From Camelus dromedarius (Eukaryota): DNA of 64,000 nt. The notes under the pieces were generated by a model. The model worked only from the letters and a program-made list of their open reading frames with translations. It was not told where the DNA came from and did not search any database. Where the stretch lies: assembly GCF_036321535.1 (NCBI RefSeq), contig NC_087438.1, positions 3,474,001 to 3,538,000 on the forward strand. The letters run 5' to 3'. A program made the position numbers and the translations under genes. Numbering within the stretch: position 1 is the first letter of the stretch; each line of letters opens with the position of its first letter. Below are positions 13,128 to 27,170 of the stretch, piece by piece.

Positions 13128-13281
13128 CACTGCCCAGGCTGTGTGCCTTGCTGATCAGCCAAAGCCCGTGAAGGAGTACAAGTACCCTGAGCAGCTGCCG
13201 GGAGAGTTATATGATGCAAACACACAGTGCAAGTGGCAGTTTGGAGAGAAAGCCAAGCTCTGCCTGCTGGATTTTAAAAAG
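13128..13281 (+). CDS. ADAMTS16: ADAMTS16 internal exon (approx. exon 10): end of catalytic domain, start of disintegrin-like domain
   Basis: Acceptor tttgtttcag|C, 154 nt. TAQAVCLADQPKPVKEYKYPEQLPGELYDANTQCKWQFGEKAKLCLLDFKK, inside ORF 13069..13455. Ends at non-canonical donor AAG|gcaagt. Confidence 0.93.
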
Positions 13282-14429
13282 GCAAGTGATTATTGGCCAG
13301 TGCTCAATGCAGTGTGCCTCCTAAAACCCTCGTCTTCCGGGAAACTGACATTGATGTGTTCTGCATTTATTGGGTCCCTACCAAATGTCAAGTCCTGCCT
13401 GTTAGGGCTGGTCCTATGTAACAGGAAACACAAGCTTCACTGGCAAAGAAAATGATGGTGGATGCTGTTGTGGGGGTCAGTTTTCTCCTGACTACAGACG
13501 GCCTGTGAGGTCAGTTCTTTCTTTCTGATTTATCACGTGGGACCTCGGCAGGAACTCCTGGTTAGTATAAGCTGGCAAATTAATACACTGCATTCTTTTC
13601 AAGTGGTGTTTAAGAAACAATCGCCCCCTGACCCCACCTCCCTTACCTGCCTGAGACGTAAGCAAAATTTACTCTAAAGCAGTAGCCTGTCTGGCACTTC
13701 TGATCACTGAATTCCTCAAGTGAAGGCTTTCTGGAGAAATGTCTTCATAGCACTCCACTGACCCCAGGGACACCCGTGGAGTGGTTTCCTCACATAAATT
13801 CCTCACGAACACAGAGGCACACGCTCCTGCTAGACGGGGGAAAGCAGGCTTCACAACTTGCTGTGCTAACCCACTAGGAAAGTTACTCATACATTAAATG
13901 AAAGAAACTGTTTTTGAGGTTTCTTTTATTCTAGTTTATAACAAAATCAAGAGGAAAATAGACACAAATGTACGGTCCTCCAGAAACCCCCAACATTGCA
14001 GAATGCACTGGGAATGTTCCCAGGTTAAATCTAACGTGATAATCCTCTTCCTTCTGAGCTCAAGTAGAACTCCCCCGAAGGTCAGTTACAGCCCTGTGCC
14101 AGCGGACCCTTACGTCCCCAGCTGGGAACCCTCAGCTCGAGCAAGACGATAAGTCAGTCAGCCTCAGCGTGTATTCCCAATGCTGCCTTTTCCGTCGGCA
14201 GAATATGTAAAATTCCTCGGAACTTTTGTGTTACTCTCCTCTTTGCTGAGAGAAAGGAGCATGAAACTAATGTCTTCTTTCCGAGGTGAGAGTTTTGACA
14301 TCAGACTCCTGGTTTCCACTTTATTTTGCTCTGTGACCACAGACTGCACCATTCATGGTAGACCAGTGCCATCTGGAAAATACAGAAAATAAGAAGTTAA
14401 ATGCAACATGTCTTGTCATTACTGAGTAA

Positions 14430-17400
14430 ACATTTGCATGCAGTGAAATGCATTTGTTTTAGGTGTACGATGGGAATTTTAACAAACATACTCATCCGTA
14501 TTAGCATACTGATCAAGCTACGTCTTATTTCCACGAAGCCAAAAAGTCCCCTTTAGCCCTCCTCCGTTCAGTCCCTCCCCATCCCATGAGCGACCATTGT
14601 TCGGCTTTCTAGCACCATAGTAACACAGTGCTTATTCTGGAACCTCCTATTGCCAAGTGTTTTCACATTTCACCGTTAAACACGATGCTAGCAATCGGTT
14701 TTACATGGCTTCCTTTTATCCAGTTGAAGAAGTTCCTTTCTGGTCCTAGATTGGTAAAAGATTTTATCACAGAATCGTGCTGATTTTTGTCATGTGGGCT
14801 TTTTTTCCTGCATCTGTTGATATAGACATATGTTCTTTCTCCTTTATTCTGTTCATGTGGTGAATCGCTGATGGGCTTTCAATTTTTTCATTGATTTTTG
14901 AATGTTAAGCCACCCCCTACCCCTAGTACGACTCCGCTTGGTCATAACCTATTGTGCATTTTTATGTTTTGTTGACTTGTGAATATTTTGTTCAGGGTTT
15001 TTATATGTATGTTCTTGAGTAATATAATTTTGAAATTTTGTTTTCTTATAATTACCTTTCAAGAATTTATATCAGAGTTATGCTGCCCTCAAAAAAAAAA
15101 ATGATTTGAAAGTGTTCCCTACTCCTTTGTTTTCTTGAAGAGCTTATAATAAGATTGGTATGGTTTCTTCCTTAAATGTTTGTTAGAATTTATCAGTGAG
15201 TTCTGTCTGTGGGAAGGTTTTTGTAATTACTAATTTAACTACACTAACATATGCGGGGTTATGTAGGAGCACTTCCCAGCTAAACTGATCAGATTCACTG
15301 AGAAAAAACAAAATCAAAAAAGGACACAAAAAGAGAGATTTTCTAATGAATGTGTCTGTTTTATCTGCTTTGTTAATTTTTTTTGGTCCAAGAGTTGTTC
15401 GTAATATTTTTATTTATCCCTTTAATGAATGTAAGAGCTATAGTGGCATTTCCTCTTTTATTCCTAATAATGGTAACATGTGTTTTTTAATCTCTTTTAC
15501 TTGATCAAACTATCTAGGAGTTTATCAGATGAATGAGTCCCTTCAAAACAGCAGTATTTGTCTCTGTTAATTTTTAAAAGAAAATTTTATTGGGTCATTT
15601 TCTATTTCATTAATTTCTGTTTTGTCTTAATTACATTCTAAGGCTTAGTGTGACTGTCTCTTCCTTGTTTATGAGGTTAGCTTGGATTTGAACATTTTCT
15701 TCTTTTCTTAACATAATCATTTAACTGTATTTAAAGCTAGTAGTTTCCTCCTAAGCAACATATTAACATGTATCTGGAACATTTTACATGTTGAGTGTTT
15801 AATGTTATTAACTATGAAATATTTCCTAATTTAAGTGCTGATTTCTTCTTTAACCCATGCATTATTGAGGAGTATATTATTTAACTATGAAATAATTGGT
15901 GTTTTCTAGACAGCTTATTAATTTTGATCTCCAATTTTGTTCAATTTTGATCAGAGAATGTACTCTATAAGTATACTTTTGAAATTTATTGAAACATATT
16001 TCATAGCCCAGCATTTATTCTATCCTGGTGAACATTCTATGGCCACTTGAAACAATCATACTTTCTGCAGTGGTTGGGTATAATGTTCTAGAAATATTTA
16101 TTTTGTTAATTTGTTTGATAATATTATTTGTATCTTCTATATCCCCCATAGTATTTATTACTTGTGTCAGTTTCATAGATACGAGTGTCAAACTTTCTAA
16201 CACAGATTATGTATTTTTCTATTTCTCCCATTAGTTCTATTAGTTTTTGCTTTGTATATCTTGAAGCTGGATTATTAGGTACATACACATTTAAGATTGT
16301 TATGTCTTCCTGACTCTTTCACTATTATAAAGTGACCTTTTTTATTCTTGATAATGTTACTTTTCTTGAATTCTACTTTATCTGATATTGGTACAGCCAC
16401 ATCAGCTTATTTAGAAATACTCTTTGCATAGTAATTTTTCTCACCCTTTTACTGTCAATTTCTTCATGTTTTTATGTAAAATGCTTCTGTTGTAAACATA
16501 CTTTAATTTGGTATTGCTTTTCTATCCAGTTGAACCATCTCTAGCCTTCCACTGAAATATTTGACACATTTATATTTAATGTAATTGTTCATACGGTGGA
16601 TTTAAGTCTACCATTTTGCTATTTGTTTCCTATCATTTTCATTTCTTTTTTGTTTCTCTGTTTCCTTTTGGATTAAACTTCTTTTAAGAAATTCTATTTT
16701 CCCATCTGTTTGCATGTTAGCTATAATTTCTTGTATTTTTGGTGGTTGCTCTAGAGATTACAGCTGCATCTTTAACTTACAACCTCTGTAGAATTAGCAT
16801 TGCTCCACTTTATGCAAAATGCAGGATCCTCACCGCAAATACATTTCTGTATCCCTCTTTCACACTTTGTACTATTGTCAGCATGTATTTTACTATGAAT
16901 GTTCTAAACGGCATGACACAATGCTATAATTTTTATTTTAAAATAATGGGTTGCTTTTAAATAAAATAGGATCATCTTTTATATTTACCCACATTTTTGG
17001 CATTTATTATTCTTGCTTTCTTATAGATTGGTTTTAAATTGGATCATTTCCTTAGGGCTCGAAGAACTTCCTCTAGCATCTCTTGTAGCATAAATCTGCT
17101 GGCCACAAAGCACCTCACATTTTCTTTACCTGAAAATGTCATTAATTCACCCTCAGTTTTGAAGGACAGTTTTTTCTGAATATGGGATTCTAAACAGAAT
17201 TCTTCATTCTCTTTTCCCTTAGACACTTTAAATATATAATTGTGTTTTCATCTGGACTCAGCTGTTCCTGATAAAAAGTTGGTTGTCATTTGTATCATTT
17301 TTCTAACATTTCTAATCATTTGTTTAGACAACTCGGCAAACTATGCATTGGAATTATTTTAAGCTTTAGTTCCAGAATTACCATTTGGTTCTTTTTTTGT

Positions 17401-18250
17401 AGTCTGTATTTCTCTAGGGAATGTCCCATTTGTTCACTTATTATGTCTGCTTTTTACCCCTTTGTAGCCTTGAATATATTTGTAGCACATTACACGTGGC
17501 ACGGTTATATGTTAGAACACATTGCTATTTTCTGTTGCGCGTATTTATTTTGTTATTATAATAGAGGGGTCCTTCGGATTCCCTGAGCCTTTGTTTCATG
17601 CTTCCCTCAGGCTCATCAGTTCTGGTTTTCCCTCAGCCCCGGGCGCAGCCTGTCTTCTAGTTTGTGATTCTTACTCCTGAGACGTGGACTTCGGGCTTTC
17701 CGCCGGACACCCCCGATGCTCCCTGAAGTCCCTCCCCTTTGTGTGGGTTGGAACCCTGGCCTCACCCAGCATTGTGCTTTCTCTGTCTCCTAGCCCTTAC
17801 CAGCGTCCAGCCCAGAGCTGCCGCCCTCTGCTAGGCCACTTAGAATCTCATCCCACGCGTCCACCACCACTCAGGCCGCAGATACCTGCCTGCAGGAAGT
17901 CCTCGGGGAGGCCTCTGAGGCTCCCCGCCCAGTGCAGCTTTTTCCCTTCTGGCCCCATTCCCACAAGTCCTAGCTACTCCTGCAGCCCCAACCCTGACCT
18001 CTGCACCCTCCACTCAGTGAGACTGCTGCTGTCTGCATGGGCCCACCTCTCTGCACCACGGTCAGTGAAGTGTCCCCAGACAGAGAACTGGGGAGGGCAG
18101 CACCCACCTGACAAATCGCCCTTCTCTTGAGGACCAGGCACTGTATGGCCTGTTGCAAGAGTCTGAATCAACTGGCCCATATATCTAGTCCAGTTTTACA
18201 GTCTTTGCACATGGGAAAATAAGCCTGGTACCAGTGCCTCCATCATGAAC
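14430..18250 (-). mobile_element. Long old L1M remnant (3'UTR piece, ORF2 and ORF1 fragments, probable 5'UTR)
   Basis: T-rich antisense L1 composition. ORF 16015..16203 (DIEDTNNII...RTLYPTTAE...SSGHRMFTRIE) resembles the ORF2 endonuclease. ORF 17044..17226 (KLSFKTEGELMTFSGKENVRCFVASRFMLQEMLEEVL) resembles the ORF1 C-terminus. Boundaries approximate. Confidence 0.8.
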
Positions 18251-21200
18251 AGGAGAGAAAATACCTTCTGGAAAAAAAAAACAAAAAACAGCCATTAAAA
18301 TCAACAATGTGAGCTCACTCCCTGTAACGTAAAATTGTTTCTCGATAGAACAAACTTGACATCGTTTTTATATATATATATATAGTTAAATTCTGCTTAT
18401 GTGTCCAGAATCTCTAATATACTGAATCTCAACTTTAAATATGGAGTGGCAATTCAGTTCTTTATTTTTCATATGAATCAAAGCATCCCAGGACACTGAC
18501 ACTCTCATTTTAAAAATTTAATTTTTTAAAAGGAGCTCCTACTGAAATGTAATGAGAATGGGTTTATTTGATTCGATTGAAATGTAAAGAGCTGGAAGCT
18601 TTCTGACGGGAGAAAATAAAATGATAAATGGCAAGGAAGCTACCCAGGGCCTAAGCCAGCACGGGGCTCATGAGGCCCAGCCAACAGGAATTTACTGAGT
18701 TGGGTGGTGGGTGGAAGGATGATGCTTCAAGAGGGGCTGAATCGTTTAAGCTTAGCTTGGGAAGTTAGGATAATGCAAACCCATGTGCATCCCTCTCTTG
18801 GATAAATAGCTGTGTATATTTGGCACGTGTGTGTGGGTGTTTACATACTTGTGTACAAATTCATACACATATATGACCATGGCTTTCTCTGTCCACTGAG
18901 GACTTGCATATTGATCATCAGAATTAGTGATAAAAGCACACCACTGCTTGAAAAGCAAATAATTGCCATAAATTATGTGTCCCACTGCAACATCATCTGT
19001 GCCTGCATTTTCAGTTTGTATTTCTGGAGCATCTGGTCCTGACAGTTTGAGAAAATGAATCTGGGGGTAGTCAGGTCACACTATGGAAATGCCACAAGAA
19101 ATCCAACGCAGGTACCTGACATGTGTTTTTTATTTGGGGTGCTAGGCTGTGATGTGAAACTTAACTAGGTCAGCATCACTGAAATCGGTCTCTGTGAACA
19201 TAGCTCTTAAATTATGGGATGGAATGCAAGTGAGAGCCTTCATTACAGAGAGTGGTCCTTAGCGGCGAAGGTAAAAAGCCGGAGTCTCCACCTTCTTCTT
19301 CCTGAGTCAGGCGTTAGTTATTCCAACCACCGTGTCTTTATGGAGTACCTGTTCTGCTGTGTCAACATTGCTTGGGGGCCTGACCCTGCGGTCTGAGATG
19401 CAGGATGGCAGAGTTACTTTGAAATGTGATCACTTAGTGTCCTGGGTACTCTTGGTAAATTGGGAGCCCCTCCACCACACCCAGCACGTCTTGCATTCCA
19501 AGTTCCTGGCCCTAGAACCATGATTTAATAGGGTCTTTGTTCCAGGAGGACCCTGAAGTTTTATTAAGAATGTAATAACCTGCAGGCATAATGCTGAGTG
19601 TAATACAACCATTGTCCATTATGCCAAAAAGTTAGCAGTTAAGTCAGAGAATGATAAAAGTGAGAGGCAGTAATCAGTCTGGGGTTGTTTAGGTAATAAA
19701 TGAACAGAGGTTGAGGTACTAGCAATTTTATTTGTTTTCCAGGGCAGAATATCGCATTTTTATTAAACAGCCAGCAATTACATCTGTAGCCCAGCAAGGT
19801 CTCGAGCACTTTTTGACATGTTGGAACACAGTAACATGAATTATGTATTTCAAGGCTCTTCTTACTCTATGAGTTGCTTCTGGCTGCACGCTTGGAATTG
19901 GGGATTGAGCAGGTTCCAGGATGCGGCTGGAACAGACGGCGTGAGCTGGGCACGGACTGAGTGAGAGTGGCGAGCTGTAGTGGTTAGCATCCTGCACTTG
20001 GAGCTGTGTACTTAGAAAGGTCAAAAGCCTTGGCCCTCAGTAGTACCTTCCATCCACATTGCTTTATTCTGCAAAATGTTCCCAGAAACTGCAATGTAAG
20101 GATATTACAAAAATACTTGGAATAGCAGTTGAGGTATAGTATGTTCATATCATGAAGTCACCCTCTTAAGTCACCTTAGAGGTTTTTTATAATCACAATC
20201 CCCTGATCACACTATTAGTTTCATTTTACAGTAAATATGTCCCTGGTCATTCTGGCCAGGGTTTCCACAGGAGCAAACTAATGGACACTCAGCTCATTCA
20301 GAAAGCATTTATTGAAAGCCAGCTAGGTACTAAGCATTGTTCCTGGTATCAGTGACAAATAGATAAAAAGAATTTAACATTTGAAAACACTGTCTATTTT
20401 GTATCAACTCCCATAATCTTTGAAACTAACCCGTGAATTAGTACCACTAGCCCCCGTAAGCAGAGCCGTGAACCCCAAGCCGAGAGCTGGGGTTCTGCTC
20501 ACGTCTCCTCATGTCCTTGAAGTGAGAAACGGCACATGCACTGGTTTGATGCCTGTTCGGTGCCAGGCCCTGAGTTGGGCACGTTCCCTGCGACCCCTTC
20601 ATTCAGCCCCAGGACAAGTTGCTGGTTGGCTGCATGTGGGAGGACACGGGGGGTTCTGCCTGCTCGACTCACATCGGGTAGGCAGACTCTCTACTGACCC
20701 CTGGGTCCATCTCCCGGCTGAAGCAACCGCAGGAGCAGCTGCCTCCCGCACGCCCACCATTCCTGTATCACTCATTCATCCACCTGTCTGTGCGCCCAGA
20801 GCCTGAGTCAGTAGGTCTCTGTGAACCACCTCCCAAGGGCAGGTGTGCTTCCCCTGCCCCGCTGTCCGAACTCTGGCTGTGATCCACCACATCTCCACCC
20901 AGACACTGAGCCTCAGTCCACAAGCTGCAGTTTCAAGGGACTTTTATTTATATCCTGGTATTTTAGCGCGTTGTCTTCCCTGCCAGCAAACGCAGTTTTC
21001 TGGTTGTCTCTTTGGAGAGTTACAGACATCCAGTCCTCTGCTTTTATAGATTCCTTTCGGTTTTATGGCTCTGATCTCTAAACACCATTCTGGCCAAGGC
21101 CAGAGGCCCCCCCATACAGCACGCTTACTCCTGTCGTGAGAGCCAGACAGTGCGCTAGCCACTAACGAGACACAATTGCCCCAGTACACTTAATGGTTCT

Positions 21201-22453
21201 GGAGCACTCTCAAGAAGATGAAGTTTCATGGCACAGTGATTGTAACCGTAGGAGGTTACTATGGATACCTCAAAATAAAAGCAATTCATTGATATGCAAA
21301 TTAAAGCATCGAAAGTTTACTTCTTTACCTTCCAAGTTCTCAAGAGCTATCTTATTAGTGAGAGAGATAACAAGGGGAAAGAAATATGAAGCTGTGTCTT
21401 TGACAAATATCTTAACTTCTAAATACGTAATAAGTAAATTTATGAAGGAGCTTTAGTTTTATGAAGGTAAAGTTAATATGGATTCTTAAGAAGGAAATCC
21501 TTTGAGAGACCACTCACACGATGCAGAAAGGCTCGTGGGAGCACTTCTCTAGCGTCAGTGAAACAGAGAATGAAAACACAAATGCCATGAACTGCTATCT
21601 CTCAAGGAGAACTATGTGGAAGTTTTGCTGTGTTGCATTTTTTTAATAACACAAAACACCCTGCAGACCCAGCGATGAAATGTCTTGGGAAATAGAGCAG
21701 CACTTGTTCAAATATTCAGAATCTGTGTGCAGATCATTTAAGAAGCGTTTTCATCACAGGCAGTTAAAGCTACCACCCGCGTTCCCAACGTTTCCGTTAC
21801 GTCGTGAGTCCCACTGCGTGCCCTGCACGAAGATGTTCCTTTGGGCTCTAGAGGATATAAAAGTAAAAATAATTCTGTACTCCTGGAGAGACTTTTCTTG
21901 GCTATAAATCTCAGATCCTGTTTTATTTAAGGACACATCAGCCACGTAGGACCTCCTTGCTTTGCACACACCTTTCTTCTTCCCCGTCTTCCTTCCTTTG
22001 CACAAACCCTTCTTTCCTTCTCCTTTGAATGTTGTCCTCAAGCTCGAGTGGAATCAGATGTCCATCTTCTCTGAGTCTTTCCCTGAGTCCTCTGAGCAAT
22101 ACTCATTTCCCGTTCCAGCAAGCCCACCCCGCGCTGTGCCCCCCCACCCCGTAGGGGCGCCTCTCCCACGTGCACCGGGTGGAGGTTTACAGCTCATCTC
22201 CCCTCTAAGGCCATTTCTGGGAGGATTGATCTGGTTGCACTTCTTATGGAACCTCCTGCCTGCAAGATACCTGGCATCTTCTAGGCCTTCATCAAAGCTG
22301 TGCGGATGGTGGATGGTGGATGGATGGGTGGGTGGACGGATGGCTAGAGAGAGGGATGGACAAGCCAGCAAGTTTCAGAACCATCTTCCATGTGGAAATG
22401 AGGATTCAGACTTGGAGAGGTTAGTGAGACGTAGGAACAAGAATGGATTATAA

Positions 22454-22892
22454 TGTCATTTGCAGCACCATGGACGGACCTAGAGATTATCATACTAAGT
22501 GAGATAAGTCAGTCGGAGAAAGACAAATATGACATCACTCATATATGGAATCTAAAAAAATGACACAAACTTATTTACAAAATAGAAAGAGACTCACGGA
22601 CACAGGAAACAGACTTGTGGGGAACCGAGGAGAGAAGGATAAATTGGGAGTTAGGACTGGCAGATACCAACTACTATGTACAGAATAGATAGACAGCAGG
22701 GTCCTACTGTATACACAGGGAACTATAGTCAATGGCGTGTGGTAAACCTGTAATGAAAAAGAATATGCATATATATATGTATATGTGTGTGTGTATATAT
22801 GTGTGTATATGTGTAACTGAATCACTGTGCTGCACACCAGAAACTAACACAACATTGTAAATCAATTACACTTCAATTAAGAAAAGGAGAAA
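22454..22892 (+). mobile_element. 5'-truncated LINE-1 3' end with TSD
   Basis: catttgcagcaccatggacggacctagagattatcatactaagtgag...cacttcaattaagaaaagg. Flanked by aagaatggattataa (22439-22453) and aagaatgaattataa (22893-22907). Confidence 0.88.
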
Positions 22893-23229
22893 AAGAATGA
22901 ATTATAAAATGTTAGTTTTTTTTATTTTAATTTTTTGTAGTTTTCTTCAGTGTCTGGATTAAGCATATTTTACTCTTTAATTTAGAAATACAATTTTATT
23001 AAATTTATGATGAATAAAACCAAATTAAAGTTTCAGGGATAGAATTAAGTTGAACAGAGTCCAGAACATGAATCTTCTGGGTCCTCCCTCCATCGTAGGG
23101 GTCTACCACGAGGTAGAGTCAGCTTTTCATTTCTATCAATTGTTTTTCCCTTAAATGTTTCAGTGCTATTTCATCACAGATGTATGGACCATTTCTGATA
23201 CAATGAATGACCTTCTTTTCCCCTTTTAG

Positions 23230-23325
23230 GATATCTGTAAAGCCCTGTGGTGCCACCGGATTGGAAGGAAATGTGAGACTAAGTTTATGCCAGCAGCAGA
23301 AGGCACTACTTGCGGGCATGACATG
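23230..23325 (+). CDS. ADAMTS16: ADAMTS16 internal exon (approx. exon 11): disintegrin-like domain
   Basis: Acceptor cccttttag|G, donor ATG|gtaaga, 96 nt, phase 0-0. DICKALWCHRIGRKCETKFMPAAEGTTCGHDM. Confidence 0.95.
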
Positions 23326-23398
23326 GTAAGAAGCTAATCTTAGGTACATGCATCATAGTCTGATGTCAAGCTTTCAACCCACGCTTCTTTCCTCCTCT

Positions 23399-23867
23399 TG
23401 TTGCTGGAGATTAAGGTCTTGCCTCATGCAGAAAGAATTCAAGAACAAGGCATAGTAAAGTGAAAGCACTTTTATTTAGAGAGACACACACTCCGTAGAC
23501 AGTGTGGTCCACCTCAGTCAGAAGGGAGAGGGGCTCAGGAGACACACACTCCATAGGGAGAGTGCGGGCCGTCTCAGAAGGCGGGAGAGAGTGACCAGGA
23601 GGTGCAGGTTCTTAGTTTTTATGGGCGTGACAATATCATAGGCCAACGAGTAAGAGGATTATTCCAACTGCTTTGGGTCCCCGCCGCCACATGTTGACCA
23701 TTTATGGTCAGTCCAGGAACTGTCACGGCACCTGTGGGTGCGCCATGAGGCTCAAGGTGTACTGGAAGTCTAATCTCCCGTCGTCTTGGTTCTAACCAGT
23801 CTGTCCTGTCCTCAGTGCTGTGTCCTTCCTTCCGTGGTTGTGCCCTGCCCCCTTGCCTCCTGTCTCA
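23399..23867 (-). mobile_element. ERV1-type solo LTR
   Basis: TG...CA termini (tgttgctgg ... tgtctca), 4-bp duplication ctct on both sides (23395-23398 and 23868-23871), minus-strand AATAAA near 23472, internal repeated unit gagacacacactcc. Confidence 0.8.
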
Positions 23868-26489
23868 CTCTTGCCTTGGTATTTTTATCTCTTTCCATAT
23901 CTACACCCATGCCAAAAAACTGCGCCTAATTTACACTGATACTATGCAGAGGACTCTTGTTCTCTCCTGTTCTCGCCTTTCCAATGATATCCATTCCAAT
24001 GATGAGCTGTCTGGACTTCATCAACAGAGATGTCAGGCAACAGGTGACGGCTGAATCTGTTTAGTAGGGGGAGGCGTTAAACCCTTGACCTCCTTTTCGC
24101 CATGTGAAGAGCCGGCTTATGTAGTTCTGTTAAAGTCACAAAGCATTGATTTAAGGACTGGAGCCAACTCTTTTGACCTATTGTTGCTCCTGTGGAAAAA
24201 AGGGATGTTCTACAGCAGGGAAAAGAAAAAATACATAAGATGGCAAGCTTATTACTAACTGGTAGGTAATGGTGATTTTTGTCATCAAAACTTAGAAATA
24301 AAGTATCTTAACGTGCAAGAGTACTGTTTTAATCCTTGTGATTTGGCCTGTGATTGTACTTTTTTCCAGCACATAAGAGGCTCTTGATAAAGACAGAAAT
24401 GTATCAGAACCAAACTGTCACTGTAACGACCTTCATTCCACGCGTCTGATGCTTTGATGATGTAAGAGAGAAATGCGTGCCTGAATGCCACTGATCTAGG
24501 ACGTTTAAAGTCCTAAGTAAATATTTCCCACCATAAACACATTGAAATGTGAGTGCAGATAGAATGGATTCAAAGTATTAAGAAACAAAGCTGACATATG
24601 TGTGAAATTATTGCAACGCTGACTGAGGAAATGAGGTAAATTCGCTTAAGAATCTCGCCCAGCAACCACTCATCCTACACGTGTTAATGTGCTTTCTTTT
24701 CAGACTTTCACGGGGTGGGACTGATACGTAAATCCTTCTAGTGATGGAGACAGCAGTAAATTCATCCACAACAGAAAAGTCTAATAAAAATGCTTTAGTT
24801 TCTCAAAAGAGAAAGTGGATTTATCGAGCTACAACGATGTGGAAATACCAATTAGCAAAGGATACCAGGGGATTCACCTGAGTGTTAAGCTTAGGTGATC
24901 ACGGCGTTCTGCACATAAGTGGTTAAAATTGATCAAATTTTGCGAATCTGATAGTTTGCCAAATTACACCCATTTGGCAGCCCTCGCGCCGCTGCCCTGA
25001 GTGACGGTTCACAGGGACAGCGCTTGGCCCTCCAGGCATCTGACTTCGTTTTCGTCACCTGCTATTTCCCTGGAGGATGTTCTTGTTCTGTTGTATTTAC
25101 CTTGAAAGCACAGGTAAACTGATTTTCATTGATGTTTTCTGTTATTTTTCCCTTGTGTTTCCAAATAGAGCTTTTACCTTCACATTGAAGAGAATTAGAG
25201 CATGTTTTTAAAAAAGCCGGAGTAGGTGCCTACAAATTACATTAAGCGTTCCGCCCAGGGTCACGTGGCGTGGCTGCCCAGTGGCCATAGTGGGATGAGT
25301 GTCAGAGGCTCCTGTAAAAGCTCCCTGTGGTGTTAGCTGTGTGTCTTCCTGTCTCGCTGGGGCGCAGGTGTCCGTGAGGTCTGCTGACTTGGCAACGAGC
25401 ATTAGCAGAAGTCAGCATCCCGGTGCTTCGGGATGTTCCAGGGCAGCGCGTGTGCTCCTGATGACCAGAGAGGACAGCAGTACTGCTGTGCACCTTTCTC
25501 CTGCGTGGGGACCTGTTTTCCGCCACCTGCCGCCGACACTGTGGCTCCGTGTGGTGGGCATGGGGGTTAATCCAACCAACGGTCAGTGCATCTTTTAGTG
25601 GCAAGCACTGTGCTTAAAACATGATATACATTTAATCCTCACAAGCACCCTGGGAGGGTGACCCTACTGCCACCCCCACTGTGCACCCAAGAATTCTTCC
25701 AGGGAAAGGACGCCGGGCTCCTCTGCGCTCACGCCGTGAGACGCCCAGAACAGGGGCGTCAGGACTGCCGCCTGGGTCGCACCAAAGCAGATTCTGATTC
25801 TTTAATAATCCCGAACATAAGATTAAACGAGCCCTAACTTTGTAATGACGTTGCCCGTGGTGCGAGGCACGTGGCCTCATTCCACGGGTCTTCAGAACTC
25901 AGTCTGGTGGTTTCCGCCATCCTGAGTGTTCACAGGAGGACAGGCAGGCTCAGGGCCCGAGTGACGTGCCCCGGGTCACTCACCTGGCTGACCTGACGCG
26001 CGGGGCTGGTTCTCCACTCCACAGGGTCGGTTTCCGTGCCTTGCACTGCTGCTTCCCCGGGGGCGCCAGGCTGAGGTGTGAGAGCGGGTTGTGTGAGCGG
26101 CATCACGGGAGGGATGTGTGCCTCATCCTGCCATGGCTCTTCCTAAGATAAAGCCTTTGCGTATTGGCCACACCCTCCATCAACTAAATATAAAAGTGTG
26201 ATAAACGTGGGGTGGGCCTCAGAAGCATATCTGGTGTTTCAGTGGACATTTTGTGTGTCTGTTTAACATAGGGGTCTTACCCCTGACCACCTCACTGACG
26301 GGCTCCACTGGTCTGCTATCTGCGTGAAATTATACTTAAAAATTGTGTGTGTGCAGATTCGTGTTTGTGTGTCTGCATGCTCCTGTGCATCCCCCCGGCC
26401 TCCCGGGAGAAGCTGTAGTTCTTTCTTCTCAGATTCTCAAGAAATTTTTTAAGTAATTTTTTAAAGTTAGTCATTTTGGGATACTATGG

Positions 26490-27170
26490 CCAAAATGGCA
26501 AAAAAAAAAAAAAAGCATCTGCAAGACTGTTAATTGCAGCAATAATAATCACAGCAAAAGACTGGAAATGATGCAGATGTCCCCTAGCTGGGGACTGGCT
26601 GGAAACGCATCTAACGGAATGTCATGTAGCTGCAACAGAGGGACAAGGGATGTGCCTGTATGACTCTGTGGAATGAGCTACAGAACATATTGTTAAGTGG
26701 AAACGTGGGACGGAGAAAGATGTGGGTAATAGGCTGTCATTTATGAAAGAAAAGGAAATACTGGTCTATATAATTATTTGATTATATTAAAAAGGGATAA
26801 ACTCTAAGTTTGGGGGGAAAGTGTGTAAACATTTTCTGTAATTTTAAAACAAAATTACATCAGATTTTATTATAGTAATTCATGCATATCCAAAGCAAAA
26901 TGAAACATTTAGGCTTTAAGTCAAGTTGTTGGCTTAACTGCGACCGTGACAGAATTATCCAGGTGACTTTAGAACCTAGCTCTTTGTGCATCTCACGTAG
27001 ACTGCCTCCAGCAGACAGTGAGCACCGCAGGGAATCTTAAACTGTTTTGAGCAATCACGTTCATACTGATAGGTTGGTTTTGCTCTTGTAAAACCATTAA
27101 TTTTTACAGATTCCTACTCGGTGCTTTGCTGGCAGAATGCCAGCTGTGCCCAGTGAATGCATCCGTTGGT
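26490..27170 (+). mobile_element. Ancient L1ME-like 3' remnant
   Basis: gttaattgcagcaataataatcacagcaaaagactggaaatgatgcagatgtccc and gagctacagaacatattgttaagtggaaa resemble the old L1 ORF2 end and 3'UTR. Confidence 0.5.

Noticed and set aside
13282..13455. ORF extension beyond the exon, likewise 34479-34556 and 36415-36533
   Set aside because: Intron read-through with no ADAMTS similarity. The spliced frame continues correctly in the next exon.
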